In this document: positions 12,649 to 26,879 of the stretch, piece after piece
Numbering within the stretch: position 1 is the stretch's first letter
Layout of the letters: the number at the start of each line of letters is the position of its first letter
Assembly: GCA_000320545.1 (NCBI GenBank)
Contig: ADNK01001876.1
Coordinates: forward strand, 1-53,513
DNA from: Bigelowiella natans CCMP2755
Taxonomy: Eukaryota; Protista; Cercozoa
Direction: 5' to 3'
Length of the DNA stretch: 53,513 nt
The notes under the pieces: model-generated
What the model saw: only the letters and a program-made list of their open reading frames with translations
What the model was told of the DNA's origin: nothing
The model's database searches: none
Position numbers and translations under genes: made by a program

Positions 12649-12815
12649 CAATTAAGCTACAGCGCATATGTATTATAAACGCTGTACTGTACCAGGAGCC
12701 CTGCGCAGCGAGATAAGAATGTGATTGGCGCCACGCATGCCCCACAACGCTACATGCCACATCACACGCTTTATACGCCATCCACTTTACACCTACCCTC
12801 GATGAGCTGCGCGAT

Positions 12816-12853
<38 letters not shown>

Positions 12854-13124
12854 ATACACACAACCGGCGGCTAGAGTAGCAAAACAAGCAGCGTACATAT
12901 CACATGTGATAGCATCCACAAAGTGTAGAAGCACTTATTCTAGAGTTGGCATTAATATGTACCACACGCATTACGACTTCAGCATACGCTAAGATATAAA
13001 GACCGCACCGGTGGCATTAATTATTGCTAGCGCGGAACGTGATGAGCAAGTCACCCCCCCCACCCCGCCATGACGATGTCCAATGGCAAGGATCTAGGGA
13101 TATATGGCACATCATCGATCGGCC

Positions 13125-14592
13125 TCAGCTTAGAGCCGCCTCGAAGAGTTCTTGGTTTGCATGGATGACCCACGTAGACAGCTCCGCGAGAAGATTGGCC
13201 TGGCAAATAAGAAGACAAAACTCACCATCGCAATCACGCTAGTTGTGATATCCACCCCTTCTCAGGAGGGCAAGTACGATTCAAATGCGCGCGTGCGCTC
13301 GCGTGCGCCATGTGCAGGCTACGACACCTGTGGCGGCTTGAGGCGGAGCTGAGAGAACGTTCCGTAGTTGGGAAAGTTCTTCAGCATGCCGTGGCTTGGA
13401 GTGCTCGAGGGGTCATCCTTTCACACGAAAAGGCGGAATTGTTGTTTCAAAACAAATGATATCTTCGCTACTACGACAACGACGACCACTAAAAGTGCAC
13501 ATACACTACGGTACATTACGGCTACCGTGCCATCATGAAAGCAGCAGCAGCAGCAGCAACAGTAAGTACCGGGTTTTTCTTCGGAGTTACAAGCTTCCTA
13601 ACGTCGGCCCCCAGCTGATCCTGAACGATTATGCGCGATGATGGCCGTGGGGGGAGGGGTGAATCGGTCGTACGGTAAGTGGCGGCGGGTTCTTTCAAGG
13701 TGTTGCCCTCGAGCCACGACGATAACGAATGATAGAAGCAAGATGATCTACCACTACCACTACCACCCCCAGCACCATCACTACTGCTACTACTGCTACA
13801 CAACAGCTCATACTAGCAGCACAGATAGCGCCCCACCTCCCATTGAGAGGCTCGAGAAAGATACACCCAAGTGACGTTGCAGCGAAACCCAGCCTCAATG
13901 CCGTACCAGCTGTTCTCGACGGTCACCAGAGATGTCGTTGCGACAGCGCCCCGCCCCTCCGCCTAATAAACACGCAATGTGCGCGCGTGTAGGTGTGTGG
14001 TAAGATGCTGAAGCTACTGAGGGACCTTCTCTACTGGTATCGTCGCTGGCTGACTAGAGGCAAACGTCCTTCATACAACTACCACTGCTACTGCTAATGC
14101 TACTACTACTGCTAATGCTACTACTACTGCTGCTGTCACCTGCGCCTCTTGGAGGCGTGTTACCACGTCGGGAAAGTCGTCTTCTCTAAACACCTGTTGT
14201 TGCGCCGAAGCAGAGAGGAAGAGGAGGAGGAGGAGGAGGAGGAAGTCTTCAAATTAGAGAACAGCGGGGGAGGCAAATCGATAATCTTCATTATTGACGA
14301 AATACGGTGATAAACACCGCACTTCCCCATCCCCACCCCCTTTGCTCTCACTGCCAAGGACCTGATTTCGCTTGTAATCGACAACCGCGTCGGGGATGTT
14401 TATCCCGAAGAAACATGCTAGGTCGTCTGCAATATCGTCGGCCTCTGCTCGTTGCGCCACGACGAACATTGGTAGAGAAGGGAGAAGAATACAGGGAAGG
14501 AGGAGGAGGAGGAGGAGGAGAAAGAGGAGGAGGAAAACCATAAGGGCTGGTGGTTTCCATCATATATCGGCACTCTCTCTCTTTCTCTCTCT

Positions 14593-14629
<37 letters not shown>

Positions 14630-15412
14630 TTTATTTACTGGGCTTTCGCTGGAAAGGATCGAAGTCCGCCCTTGGTTTAAGCGCCACCTCGCTGTTGTGG
14701 AACACCACGACGCTGCGCACTTTGCGCTGCAACATCCCAATCAAATCGGCGTTCTGCACATCCCCCCCGTCGCCCATATAAAACGCGTCAGGATCGGCGC
14801 TGGGGGGGGGAGAAGCGCATGATGATGATGACGATGATGATGACGACGATGATGATGATGAGGAGGAGGAGGAGGAAGAAGACGAAGGAGGAGCATTTGC
14901 GCAGGATCCTTCCCCCTCTCCCCCCAACTGCTCATGGTCGCCCGGAGACACGTATCTATACCTACAAATCAGCAGTCATTTGAACAACGTCGTCATTGTT
15001 TAGAAAAAGCCATAGCAGTGGTAGAAGCAGTAAGTAGCAAGTAGCAATAATCGCAGCAGGCAGCGGGAAAACAATACTAGTGGACGCTATTCTTTGCAAG
15101 TCGCGAGTCATGCTCCCAGCGGATGTTTAGGCACTCTCACCATCCTCTGAACCGTCACCAAAATCACCACCACCACCACCACCACCACCACCATCACCGC
15201 CGCCGCCCGCTCACGCTTGATGCATTGACGCACTTCGGTAGCCACTCGCTTGATAACGGGGTGAAGCTGCTCACGAATGCGGAGGGCGCTAGACTGCTCA
15301 ATGCAACCTGTAGATTAATGAGAACAGCAACCCGTCATCGCCGCCACCAGGACGAAAATCATCGGTGTACTACGCAGTCATAACTCCGATTCACTAGGAA
15401 GATACATACACG

Positions 15413-15443
<31 letters not shown>

Positions 15444-17556
15444 CGCCGACAGCAAAGGGGCACAACATATCCTACCGCCTCGCGCAGGGTGAAAAGCTTT
15501 GATATCGTGAGGTTCAGCGTGCTGCTGTTTCCGGGAATGTAGCCCTTGTTGCCCCCTTTCAACGCACCGCCTCCAAAACCGGGCGATTCGATCAACCCGC
15601 CGATGAGCACGGTCTATTTAAGTAAGTTTTGGTCGAATATTTGTCGGGTGGCGCGGCTACACGACTCGCTTGGGTGTAACACATACACCACACACGTAGT
15701 CGTTGAGAAGCATCGCGTGTTGTTGTTGTTGTTGTTGCTGCTGCTGCTGCTGCTGCTGTTGTTGTTGTTGTTGTTGTTGAATGGTGTTCATGTGGAGCTT
15801 GAACCTGATTCCTGCATTTGCGACCCAGCACACAGTCGTTGCGGAATGTGATGTTTTGGGCGTGCATCTCGCCGACGTACAAGGGTGTCGCCTCGAGGAA
15901 TGTGTACCTTTCCATGTTTTTGTTTCAGAGTGGATGTATATCGGTGTTGTTGTTCTTGTTGCCCTTCTTCTTCTTCTTCTTCTTCTTTTTCATCATCATC
16001 GTCATCTTCATTATCTTCATTGTCATTCATGCCTCGGCCCTCAACGACATCGTCAAGATCACAACCCCCTTTTCAATGATTCTTCGCATCATTACGTATA
16101 CCGTGTGACCATGCCCGGATGACTCAAATTTATATATAATATATATGTCAATACATATCATTGGTGTGCATCATTTATCGTAGAAGAGGAGTGCCCCTAC
16201 CCTCTTTCCTTCAACGGGAAAGGACTTAGGCTTGCAGGACCGACGAGGGTAACTCCCAAAATGGGGTACGGACGGGAAGAGATGTTCAGCGGAGTGATGA
16301 AAGAGAAGTCGCCGCTCATGTTGCTGTTGCGAGCGGTAAAGCTATCTGCCTGCTGCTCGTCGTACATCATTACAGCATCATAAGGAATGCCTAGGCAAAG
16401 AACAACGGGGAGGGGGGGGGGAGGGGGGAGGGGTTGTGATCAGTCGTTTGATTTCGCGTGGTGAGTATGCTTCCCCCTTCCATTTGTGAATGTGCCGTGC
16501 AATGATTACACACCAAAAGGTTTTAGATACGAGTCCCAGATTAAATCCAGCCAGACTTCGCCGCAGTTTTCCCCTGTATTATGATTACCCATCCGCTCAT
16601 TGCCAAACACAACACAAGCACTGCATCATGATTCAGTGCCGATCCGATTAATAGTGATACTATTACAATCATATGTAACCCAACCAGTAGCAACTGCTTT
16701 GATGAGCGGCGGCCAGATGTCGTACGTGGTAGCGTTCAGAGCGCACCCATCTGCAATCTCCGCAATGCTCTGAAATAAGAGAAGATGAAGGTGAGAAAAT
16801 AAAGGACGGATTTATGCACATGCAACATTTTGAAACTCTCACTTTGTGCAGTGGTATCAAATACCTCGAGCGTGATGTCCGATGGCTCGGTATAAGTGCC
16901 AAGCAAAGTGTCATCGTCGGCGCCATTTTGCCGGAATGAATACACAGCGACGGCCCAGTTTCCACCCGACACCCCAGTAATGTAACGTGGTTTGTCTAGA
17001 GCCCCAATATCCTGTGGGAGGAGATGAGCAAATACAGCATTCTGATGAATAATTGGGTTTTAACTACGGCAATAAGTGACGTGGCAAGAGTAACTTTTCT
17101 CCCCCCCCCAAATCACCACCTTTAGTCCTCTCAGATAGCCGAGAGTAGCGGCGAAGGAACGTGACCCCCCGCCTGAAAATGAGATTGCGGACGAAAGTTT
17201 CCTCGCAATCTGTATAATATCGAGTAATGAAAGAGGAAATTAAGGTGTCGAAATGGTTAAGAGAATAACTGATAAAATCGTAGATAGCTATGTCATGATT
17301 GAATATACCTCTGGGTATTCCATCTCAGGCCACTCAAATTTCTGAGAGGGAGGGCTCCACCAAGCGCGCACATTCACCGGTTGCTAATTGATGCGAGGGG
17401 GGCGAAAATTAATACATAATGAAACTGCAGGACAGAATAATTGCTGCCTGCTTTGATTGCTTTCATTGCGTTTAGTCGCCATCAGTACTCCCTCACCTCG
17501 TCTGCTGTAAGAGCTACCGAGAGGACCAGCAGTATTACGATCTGGAACACTCGCAT
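13125..17556 (-). CDS. Secreted lysophospholipase / phospholipase B (cPLA2/patatin-fold) family protein; multi-exon
   Basis: Signal peptide MRVFQIVILLVLSVALTADE (ATG 17556); oxyanion motif ISFSGGGSRSF (~17155-17190); nucleophile motif YITGVSGGNW (~16960-16990); catalytic Asp YMGDGGDVQN (~14750-14785); last exon ANLLAELSTWVIHANQELFEAALS* with stop 13125-13127. Confidence 0.85.
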
Positions 17557-17923
17557 CTTTGTCAACTAGAGCTCTAAGCCATAGGGTCCCCTCGATAATG
17601 GCGGCTACGAGTGTTGCACGAGTGACAGTGTTTTTCTGCAATTACGTCATCGAATATTTGTTGTCGCAATATAAAAATTCATTATATTTTGATCCCGTTG
17701 AAATTCCACAGCATTTTTACTCTGAGACAAGTCAATCCTCCCAGCCGATCAATTCCCTAAAGGGGAATCGATCGTACTTAGATGTTTCCGGTATCATAAT
17801 ATGCCCCACGTAAGATCAAGTTCCTACATTTTATTCTGTTCTCAACAAAGGGAAGCAAATATATTCAGATGTTTATGGTACGAAAATTTACCCAAAAGAC
17901 CAGATTCCAACGGAACCGCCAAG

Positions 17924-18616
17924 ATGCAGCGGGTGGGTGGATGGAAGCGGCGCTGTGTACATTTCTTTCAACAAGTCTTTCCTCCCCTCCCTGCTTCTCC
18001 TCCCCCCCTTACCATCTTCCTAAAACCGTCCAAAATCAATCTAGGGAGGAAACGATGACTTGAGAAAGGCTAAAGACCACCTGGCTGCATTAAGGAAGAT
18101 ACAGAAGGCCTCTTTCGAAGCTCAATTTGAGCAGTTACGAAGATGCTTATTCTGAATTGGTCGACGTCTTCCTTCATAATCTTTCTTTTCAATCCTTAGG
18201 TTGAAACGATTTGCATCTATCGATGATAAAAACGCAGATGACGTGAAATCGAAGAAGCCCGAATATAGAGGGGCCTACGACCACATACATGACCACTTCC
18301 AGAAACAAGATAGAGAGGTCACACGGCTGTCCAAAGAAGTAAGTACGCACGCAAAAGTTTAATTCTGAGTGATCCTGCTTGGACTATAATTTTCTTTGAA
18401 TTTTCTGATTCTCTCTCCTGCGTGTGTGCATATTAACCTTCAGCTAAGGCATCTGACGGACAAAATGTAATACTTTTTCTGGAATTACCCTTCTTCTAAA
18501 TCTGTCTCGATATCAAGGTAAGTTCCCGTAATTTGCTGATATTGTTTTCTGTCTACATGTGGATACAGGAGGATGAACGTCAAGAGATTCGAGAATTTGT
18601 AAAGAAGTCCGGGTAG
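17924..18616 (+). CDS. Small hypothetical coiled-coil protein (~100 aa, about 5 exons)
   Basis: GT-AG splicing gives an open frame MQR|GGNDDLRKAKDHLAALRKIQKASFEAQFEQ|LKRFASIDDKNADDVKSKKPEYRGAYDHIHDHFQKQDREVTRLSKE|LRHLTDK|MEDERQEIREFVKKSG*. No family recognised. Confidence 0.6.
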
Positions 18617-19069
18617 GTTGCCCAGTCCACCCCCTGTCTGTGCAGAGAGTAGAATAATAACGCATGATCACGTTTGTATGACAAGTTATTCTATCTAATA
18701 GATCATTATTAGAGAAGAATGGCTACCTCCTTGTCCTTTCTCATGACGATCAATGGGAAGGTGATTGCCCCTAAGCCTTCACTAACAACTTAAGACAATA
18801 TTGTTGAGAGCAGCAGTCAGCGGCAGTGGTGCATGTGCCCTGTACAACTAGCTACTAAAGTAAATACGACTTCGTGGTGGTCGTGGTGACATGTGCACGA
18901 GCGTCGAATGCGTGTATATGATCTGGTGATATAGTCATTGTTGTGGCCCTGCGATGTAAAATTGCACTGATTTGCGTGGGAACCGTGATTCTGCGAGCAT
19001 TTGTCTGTTGCAAATGCGACAATAACAATGTGGGAAGCGAATCGAAAAAGGTCGTGTGCAGTATGCGGC

Positions 19070-19116
<47 letters not shown>

Positions 19117-19450
19117 ATATCTTAGTACGCAAATGTTTGGCGCACATCAATCATGAGGCGGTGACATTTTGATGGTGACGAATGATTTTGAGTGACATGC
19201 TAGCATGACATGGGCACGCACGTGTCACACAGCTAAAGAGACATCGAACCTATCATAGCTTGCAACGGTTTCTTTATTTGGCTTTACGTATTTCTTTGTT
19301 GAGCATCTACTTTATGTGCTAGTTATTGCAAGGTGTACCATGCATTGATGGCTTGCTGTTGCACAAATCATTTTACTAAGGAATGCAACTCCCATGCATG
19401 CTTCGGTCTGGCTGCTGATGTCGTGACGGACAAGCGATTCACTTTTTGCT

Positions 19451-19805
19451 TCATTTTTTTGATGCAGAGCTCGAGCTGCTCGCAGTTCGCATATCAACTA
19501 CGCGCTTTAGCGTTTTCTGATCAAGAGGACGCACCAGCCACGAACACATAGCAGCCCCTGCAAGGATACCAGACATCGTATAGAAAGTCGTCGCGTAGAG
19601 AGTATGGGTTGGATCGACCACACCTGAAGGAAAAGATGGTCTCAATAACGGTGTCATGATAACAACGGGGCATAATGAAAGAATGATCCGAAAAAAGAAG
19701 ATGATTATCTCTCACCCATCTCCGGGGGAACCAGGCTGAGCAAGTTCTGAATAGAAACCTTTTTTGCAACGAGTTACAACACCGAATACAAGGTCAGCGC
19801 ATTGT

Positions 19806-19842
<37 letters not shown>

Positions 19843-20529
19843 CACGATGAGACGTGGGTATTAAGGGATATCAAGAGACGAAAAGGTTTTTTTGAGGGCT
19901 TTGCAACCCGACAACTACGATGACAATGCAACTACCGTTTTTTTCTCCCAGAGCTCTTGAAGATTTTCCATCGGAGCTCCAAATGTCTTCTCAAATGTGT
20001 GAGGATCGACCTTATAAGTAAACCCGGCGGGGAAAGTAAGGAAGGGGCGAAGAAGAGGAGGTTGCCAGTATCTCACAGAAACAACACAGCATTACACCAC
20101 CGCCGCGTTATTAAAGGGAAGAATCGAGATAGCTAGAAAAACAGAACCAGCAACATCAAAGTGTACACAGCAGGAGCAACTAGCAATCAAAACAGCACTC
20201 AATATCTACGAACAATATCACAAAATGAAACGACTCAGTAAAAATATCCACAAATATACATCTACCAAAAACACATTCACACGCCCCCCCCCCTTCCCCA
20301 CACCTTCGTCGCCAAATCGCTAACGGCTGTCCAATCCCCTCTCGATCTCAGAGCAGCTAGCATCCCTTTATATTTGGAGTTGTAACACGTTCAAAAAAAA
20401 ATCTGATGATCCCTACGTGGACATCGTCATCGCCGCCAGCACATACTTATCCAAGTCACGTAAGATTGACTACTTCATGCTCGTCGATATGGCCAGTGTG
20501 ATTGCAACGAAGAAAATGATAATCATCCA

Positions 20530-20565
<36 letters not shown>

Positions 20566-21489
20566 GCGCGCACACACTCATACCTGGACCAGCAATGGCC
20601 GCAGCGCTATACCCGCACAGGAGCCGCCCCATTATCGCCCCGGCGTTCCTTTTACACATTGCAAACAACAACACACAAACACATGCTGATATCTACATAT
20701 GACTATTATACAGACACATATAAATTAAATATATAGTAAAACTAATATTCATAAAATATCGATGCGGAGCTCTCTCTCTCTCCCCCCCCCCCTCCCCCCC
20801 CTTCTTTAAATGCACTCAGCGACAACTACAATGGCCCTTCCACACGGATAGCAAAATAGTAATATTATGGGAGAGATTACTGGGCTCCATAAATGTCGGC
20901 GACGTAGGCTGGAAGGACGGCGAAGAGGCCGCCGTAGCATGAGATAATTCCTGTGAGATGATAATTGGGTGTTTGAGCGCGTAAGATATGCCTTTCAGCT
21001 TGTTCGGTGTCGTGTTGCCATCGGTAGTTGTTGGTGCTGCCGAAGGGGAGCAATCTCGCATTTCATGCTGTGCTACTGAAAGCTACGTTATTATGGTCAT
21101 TATGAAACTTTCCCCCACCTAGCATGCTTGCAACGAACCCCGCCTGGCGAATCACAATTAATAGGATTATTCATATCGTTAGCGTCATTAACATGAATGA
21201 AGAGAGCGACATCTACCATCACCATCATCATCATCATTTATCCAGAGCAAACTCTCCTCCTCCTCTTATCATCATCCTCATCATCGTCATCATCGTCATA
21301 TTCGGTTTGTCGCACATGCACCACTACACACTTCTATCACAGCAATCATCATGCAGAAGCAGCTGTTTCTTCATTGGTGAATGTACGTGTCTACTGCTCT
21401 ACCAAAGGCGCAGCTCCCATCTCAGGCATCGATGCACCCGCAGAGATTAACGGAGGAATCACGAAGCAAGCCTGTCATCACATGACACA

Positions 21490-21543
<54 letters not shown>

Positions 21544-21555
21544 ACATATTATTCG

Positions 21556-21593
<38 letters not shown>

Positions 21594-21787
21594 TTGTGTG
21601 TGCCTCCGTATACTTCTAACATATCAACGAGTGTTTGACATGCACTAGTGCACTAGAGAGGAGGCCATTCGCGTCGCAGCAGGTGCGACAAAGATGATGT
21701 AAGCGTATTCTTGTTAGGTTTTTCTCACCGGAGAGGCCATTGCAAATGCGAGCAGGGTGTTCCTTCTTTTGAATGTGAAGAGAGGCC

Positions 21788-21828
<41 letters not shown>

Positions 21829-22088
21829 ACAATGATTGTATAAGCATGCAATGTAATAACAAAGTACATACCGCAGACATGACTACCTAATCTCTCCACT
21901 GCAAACCCTCTCGACTCAGTCACAAACACGTGCACGCACACACCTTCCAATCTTGTCTCCGATGATACCCCATTTGAGCCGACCGAGAGTGTTCGCACTG
22001 TAGCAGTAGCAGCAGCAAGAACAACAGCAAATCAGCGTCTTCCAAAGTGCCAGCTCCCAGCTCAATATTACGATCACTCGAATGCTCT

Positions 22089-22126
<38 letters not shown>

Positions 22127-22537
22127 ATCATATCGATGACGGGGTGCATACACAACCCTGCCAGAGCCGAGACGAAGAGGGCGCACGCCGTCGGTGTCAC
22201 GATCTATTTCGCAGAGATGAATCGGCAACAAAAGCAAAAAACGGAAAAAAATGCATCGGAGATATCACTACACAGCGCCAGCCTTAGCCTACGGGAAGTA
22301 GCATTTGCAAGCTACAGCTGCAATGGCGGACTACGCTCTCATTTACTCATCTCGATGAAGGCATATCAAGATACAACCATAGGCATTCACGCATGATTGG
22401 CGACCTCCGGCAGAGTCACGGCGAAGCAGTCCGTCATCAGTAGTTTTCCCGACGATATTATGCCTGGGAAAGGACGGGCAAGTGTTGGTACTTATCTGGG
22501 CAGAGACCAAGACATACTTGCTCGCACGTATATAATT

Positions 22538-22584
<47 letters not shown>

Positions 22585-22718
22585 GTCGATAGAATTAAAA
22601 AGACACATCTAATGCCTCTTTCATACCCAATCCTGCAGTTGCGTTCCCTGCCATTATGCCGAGAAGCAGCCAAAACTGCCGCGTGTAGAGAGCCTCTTGA
22701 GCACTCACCTGAACATAT

Positions 22719-22765
<47 letters not shown>

Positions 22766-24093
22766 GAGAGAGAGATCATGCCTATCAGCATTACAACTTT
22801 ATTTTTTCAATCGCAAACAAGGCATTACATTTCGCTCAAAGACTCTTTGCATAAAACCATCTCCCCCCCCCCCCCCCCCCCCCTCTCTCTCTCTCTCGCA
22901 CACACTACTACCTGCACGACTTCAGCCGTCAATTTCTCTTCTCTCACCTTCTCCTCAGAGCCCGCCGCTTGCATGGTTGGTGACACTGTCGTTGCAGCAT
23001 GATGACCCTTGGCCTTGGAACGATTAGAAAGAAAGAGGTCAGATGCGACTGCCGCAGTAGGTACAATTTGTGTTGATTCCTAACTGGGATGGGACCAATG
23101 TAAAAAAGACAGCACTACCACTTCCTCTTCGGCCCCCTCCGCCTCCCCCACGCCGCTCCCATTCTTCTCCGGCTCCGTCACCAGAGCAAAGTCCTTGTGT
23201 GTGAAGTTGGCGGGGGGCAAGCGCACAGTTGCGGCGGCGAGGCTGAGAAGGCCACCATAGCATATCCCTAGGGTAGCGAACGTCATCGCCACACCTGAAA
23301 GGCAACGATGATGATGATCATCATCATAAGAGCATGCGACGAGTGTAAAATAGAGAAGAGAGAGAGGGTAATATCAATACAAATAAGATCTAAAGCAGCC
23401 GCAACGGTAAAGGGTAGATTACGGGGGGGGGGGATTGGTGGGGTTAATGTTTTTGGGTCAAAAATTGTACCGGAGTCGCCGCTGCCGACAAGGTAGATCC
23501 CACCCTCGATAATGTCGTGTGTCGTATCCGCTAAGAGCAAGTACGGTGTAAACCACGACGATATATGATTATTATTACATCCATACAAAAACATATATGT
23601 AACACAATGCACACGAGCGTCATGTCCTGTCTTTCGGGTCCCTCTTCATATCGTATATTATAAGGTTGAGGGGGGGGGAAGTATGAGGGAAGAAGACCTC
23701 ACCTCGAGTAGCAACAACAACTTCCTTCAATTCACCAGCGACTTCTGCAAACCTTCTGCCCTCTGAAGATCGATCATTGAGCAGCAGCATTAAATATATA
23801 GTAGCAGTTCTATAATCAACGCATCAGACACAGTAAGCGACGGACTCGTTGAAGAGCCGTGCTCTATTTGGTATTTGATTACCGATGGATTACTTTGGGT
23901 ATTGTTTTCTGATTGATTCTTCTGGACATCGTTTTGTCGCAACTACTACCACTTCTACTTCTACTACTACTGTGGGCGATTTACGCATAGTTTTTCCTCC
24001 TGACCTTTTGTTATGAGATCCGCCATTTCGATAGATAGTCGCTCGGGTGCTTTGTAGTACTGTCATTGACAATACGCATCACGCACGCGCGCG

Positions 24094-24138
<45 letters not shown>

Positions 24139-24158
24139 CATACATTTTACATGGTGTA

Positions 24159-24208
<50 letters not shown>

Positions 24209-24774
24209 CCATGTAAAATGTATGTAGTGTGTGCGGGTGTGTGTGTGCGCGCGCGCGCGCTTTTCCGTTTATATGACGATTGTACTTCATCATCATCATC
24301 ATCATCTTCTTCTTCTTCTTCTCGTCCTTCGTCTTTCTTACTGATTCAATGAGTTTTTGCGCTGCAACAGGCGCTGCGAGAGAGCCAAGGCCAAACGACG
24401 TCATTCCCAGCCCTTGCACCTTTGAAACAACGATGAATCACTCCACCCAATTAATAACGATTTGGCGCAAAACACACGCGCGCGCGCCTATGGAACGACA
24501 AAGGAGCAGTGTTTGTCCAAGGTTTGGAGATGAGAAGCTCTGCTGTCAATATTCGCGTACCAGTCCTCGCTTGTCAGGAAACCATGCCAGAAGGCCGGAA
24601 ATGGGAGCGATATAGCCGAACCCCCACCCTGTTTTTCCACCATTCGTATTTGTTGTGTGAATGCTTAAGCTATAGACGAGTACTCAAGGCTGCTCTCTCC
24701 GTCTCATTACTTACTGTTAGGTTATAAATAAGTATTTATAGATCAATAATACACACACACACACACACACACAA

Positions 24775-24807
<33 letters not shown>

Positions 24808-24906
24808 GTGTGTGTTTTTATTATCATCATCATGCCTCAACATCACACATCGTGTTCGGATCGAGGATCTTGATAAACAGAAGGAATCTGCTCGCGTTTT
24901 CTTTGC

Positions 24907-24962
<56 letters not shown>

Positions 24963-26386
24963 GAGGAGATCTTCCATCCGTTTGTACACTAAATCTTCCC
25001 TCAGGAAGTATGGATGATGACGCTGGCGATTGCTTTCTTGTGACAACGGTCTCTCTCACTCGACATATCATAACTACAGCGAAGCGACCGATGCCTCCAA
25101 GCAGCCCGTAGCCGGCGAAGAGGAGGGGGAGGGAATGCAACTCGCAAGCCACGGTCGAAAGGGACAAGCCTAATATCCAACCCCAACCCGGAGGAGGACA
25201 GCGATGATGATGATGATGATGATAATGATGATGATGGTGATGATAGTGATGATTGGTGACAACAGCCAAATCTCAGTAAGAACCTGCGGTCCACGCAGAT
25301 GCGGAGATAAGAGTGGAAGCCCTTGGCCCGAGTCTCTCTATGCTAGGCCCCAAGGTCGCCTGAGGCATCATAAATGGATGGATGTGTGCGCGCGTGTGTG
25401 TTTGTTTGTGTGCTTGTTTGTTTGCTCCAAGCAACGAAGAAACAAGCTACAATGATGTGTAAAGCACAACCGTAACGACGCCAAGAACCGCTGCAGAGAC
25501 GGAGAAAAGAGGCAGAACGTCACCTGTGAAACACAAACCGGAACGAGCAATCCAAAACTCAACTACACGAACGAAATATATACACCCTCTGCTAGGGGGA
25601 AGGGAGAGAAGCAAACGGAGAAGGAGGAGAGAGAACCTAGCCCCCAGTCACCGCTTGATGGTGCCACGACTCCTGTAATCATGTAATGGATTGGAACGCA
25701 GCAAACGTCGCTATTTCATCTCTATAAACAGGAGTAGGATATCCTATCTTTGAAATCGAAAATAATGTGTAGTTGTAGAGCGAATGCGTTGATTAATGCA
25801 CTGTTTTAGTCGCGACCTAGCTGGGCACAGAGAGGAGCATTGAAGACACTCCAAGCATACACAGATCCTATAATAAAGATGAATACGCATTCACCGACCT
25901 CACATTCCACGATGTATTGACTTATCTGTCTGTAAAATGCTGGTGGTCGTCCCTTCCTTACCCACTCACCCCCCTGCCACCTGTGACACCCTGAATGAGA
26001 AAGAACGGAGCCACGCGTGCCCAGCGATTCGATCTAGTGGGAGGGGGAAATTGCATTGCTGAGACACCCCATTTGATCATACCATGCCATGATTTACCCC
26101 CCCCCCCTTCTACTCGAAAAAGACTACCGCTGAGCGGACTCGCTGTCCAGAGTGACGTGCTTCTTGCCTGAAGGAAGTGTGGATTACTCACGTGTAAGAT
26201 CTGACATCCCAGTGATGCATTTATGATTCTTTGCTTCAATTCTCATCATCATCATCATCATCATCATTACGCGTATTTGATGATTTTATGGATACGCAAG
26301 ATATTACTGAGAGCGAAATGGCGGCATGGGAGGACGGAGGCTGCTCCAAGCATGTGCTTTCGGAAGCACTGCCGGGCACGTAGCAT
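19451..26386 (-). CDS. MFS transporter, oxalate:formate antiporter (OFA)/MCT-like family; many exons
   Basis: NRWARVAPFFLIQG, GSVYAWSVFNAPL (~25830-25868), IERLGPR, LFAGYGLLGGIG, GFGYIAPISGLLAWFPDKRGL (~24560-24625), GLGMTSFGLGS, MTFATLGICYG, ANTLGRLKWGIIGDKIG, LYATTFYTMSGILAGA; stop 19451. Putative start MLRARQCFRKH (26386). Confidence 0.85.
24082..24260. repeat. Intronic inverted repeat (fold-back) with (CT)n loop
   Basis: cacacactacatacattttacatggtgtatg (24130-24160) is the exact reverse complement of catacaccatgtaaaatgtatgtagtgtgtg (24203-24233); extended outward by (CA)/(TG) and (GC)n arms. Confidence 0.9.
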
Positions 26387-26879
26387 CAGGACACGGGGCA
26401 CTGGGGAAGTGACGACGATCGTATGAACACGCAGACTATATTTCGTACGAGAAATATCTAAAACATGGTTCATTTAATTTTAGAAATTATTTTATTAGGA
26501 GAATATCTAGGCGCAGCAATCACTATGATTACCTGGCAAAGTGCAAAATCGCTCCGGAAGTCATTATGAGACACGCGTCGCTCCGTTCTTTCCGGTTGTT
26601 GTAATGTAAACTTAAACATCCAGCGTTTCTCTTCACAAATCATCAAGGCACTAAGTACTGCGACAACATTCTTCTGAGGAAAATACGCTCAATTGCAGGG
26701 CGTTCCTACGACTCGTAGTTGTTCGGAATCACTTTCAGTGGAAATTGCAGGGCATTTTCACAACTTTCCAGATGCACGCCAAAATGCGCGTTCTTCGAAA
26801 AGAAACCGCTGGATTGGAGTAACGGCTGTTGTACAACAAAAACCTACTTTTTGACGGAGAAGGAACCGGAACTTGACCC

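Noticed and set aside
26528-26540. ATTACCTGGCA resembling the U1 snRNA 5' end
   Set aside because: No U1 stem-loops or Sm site follow; it is a chance short match.
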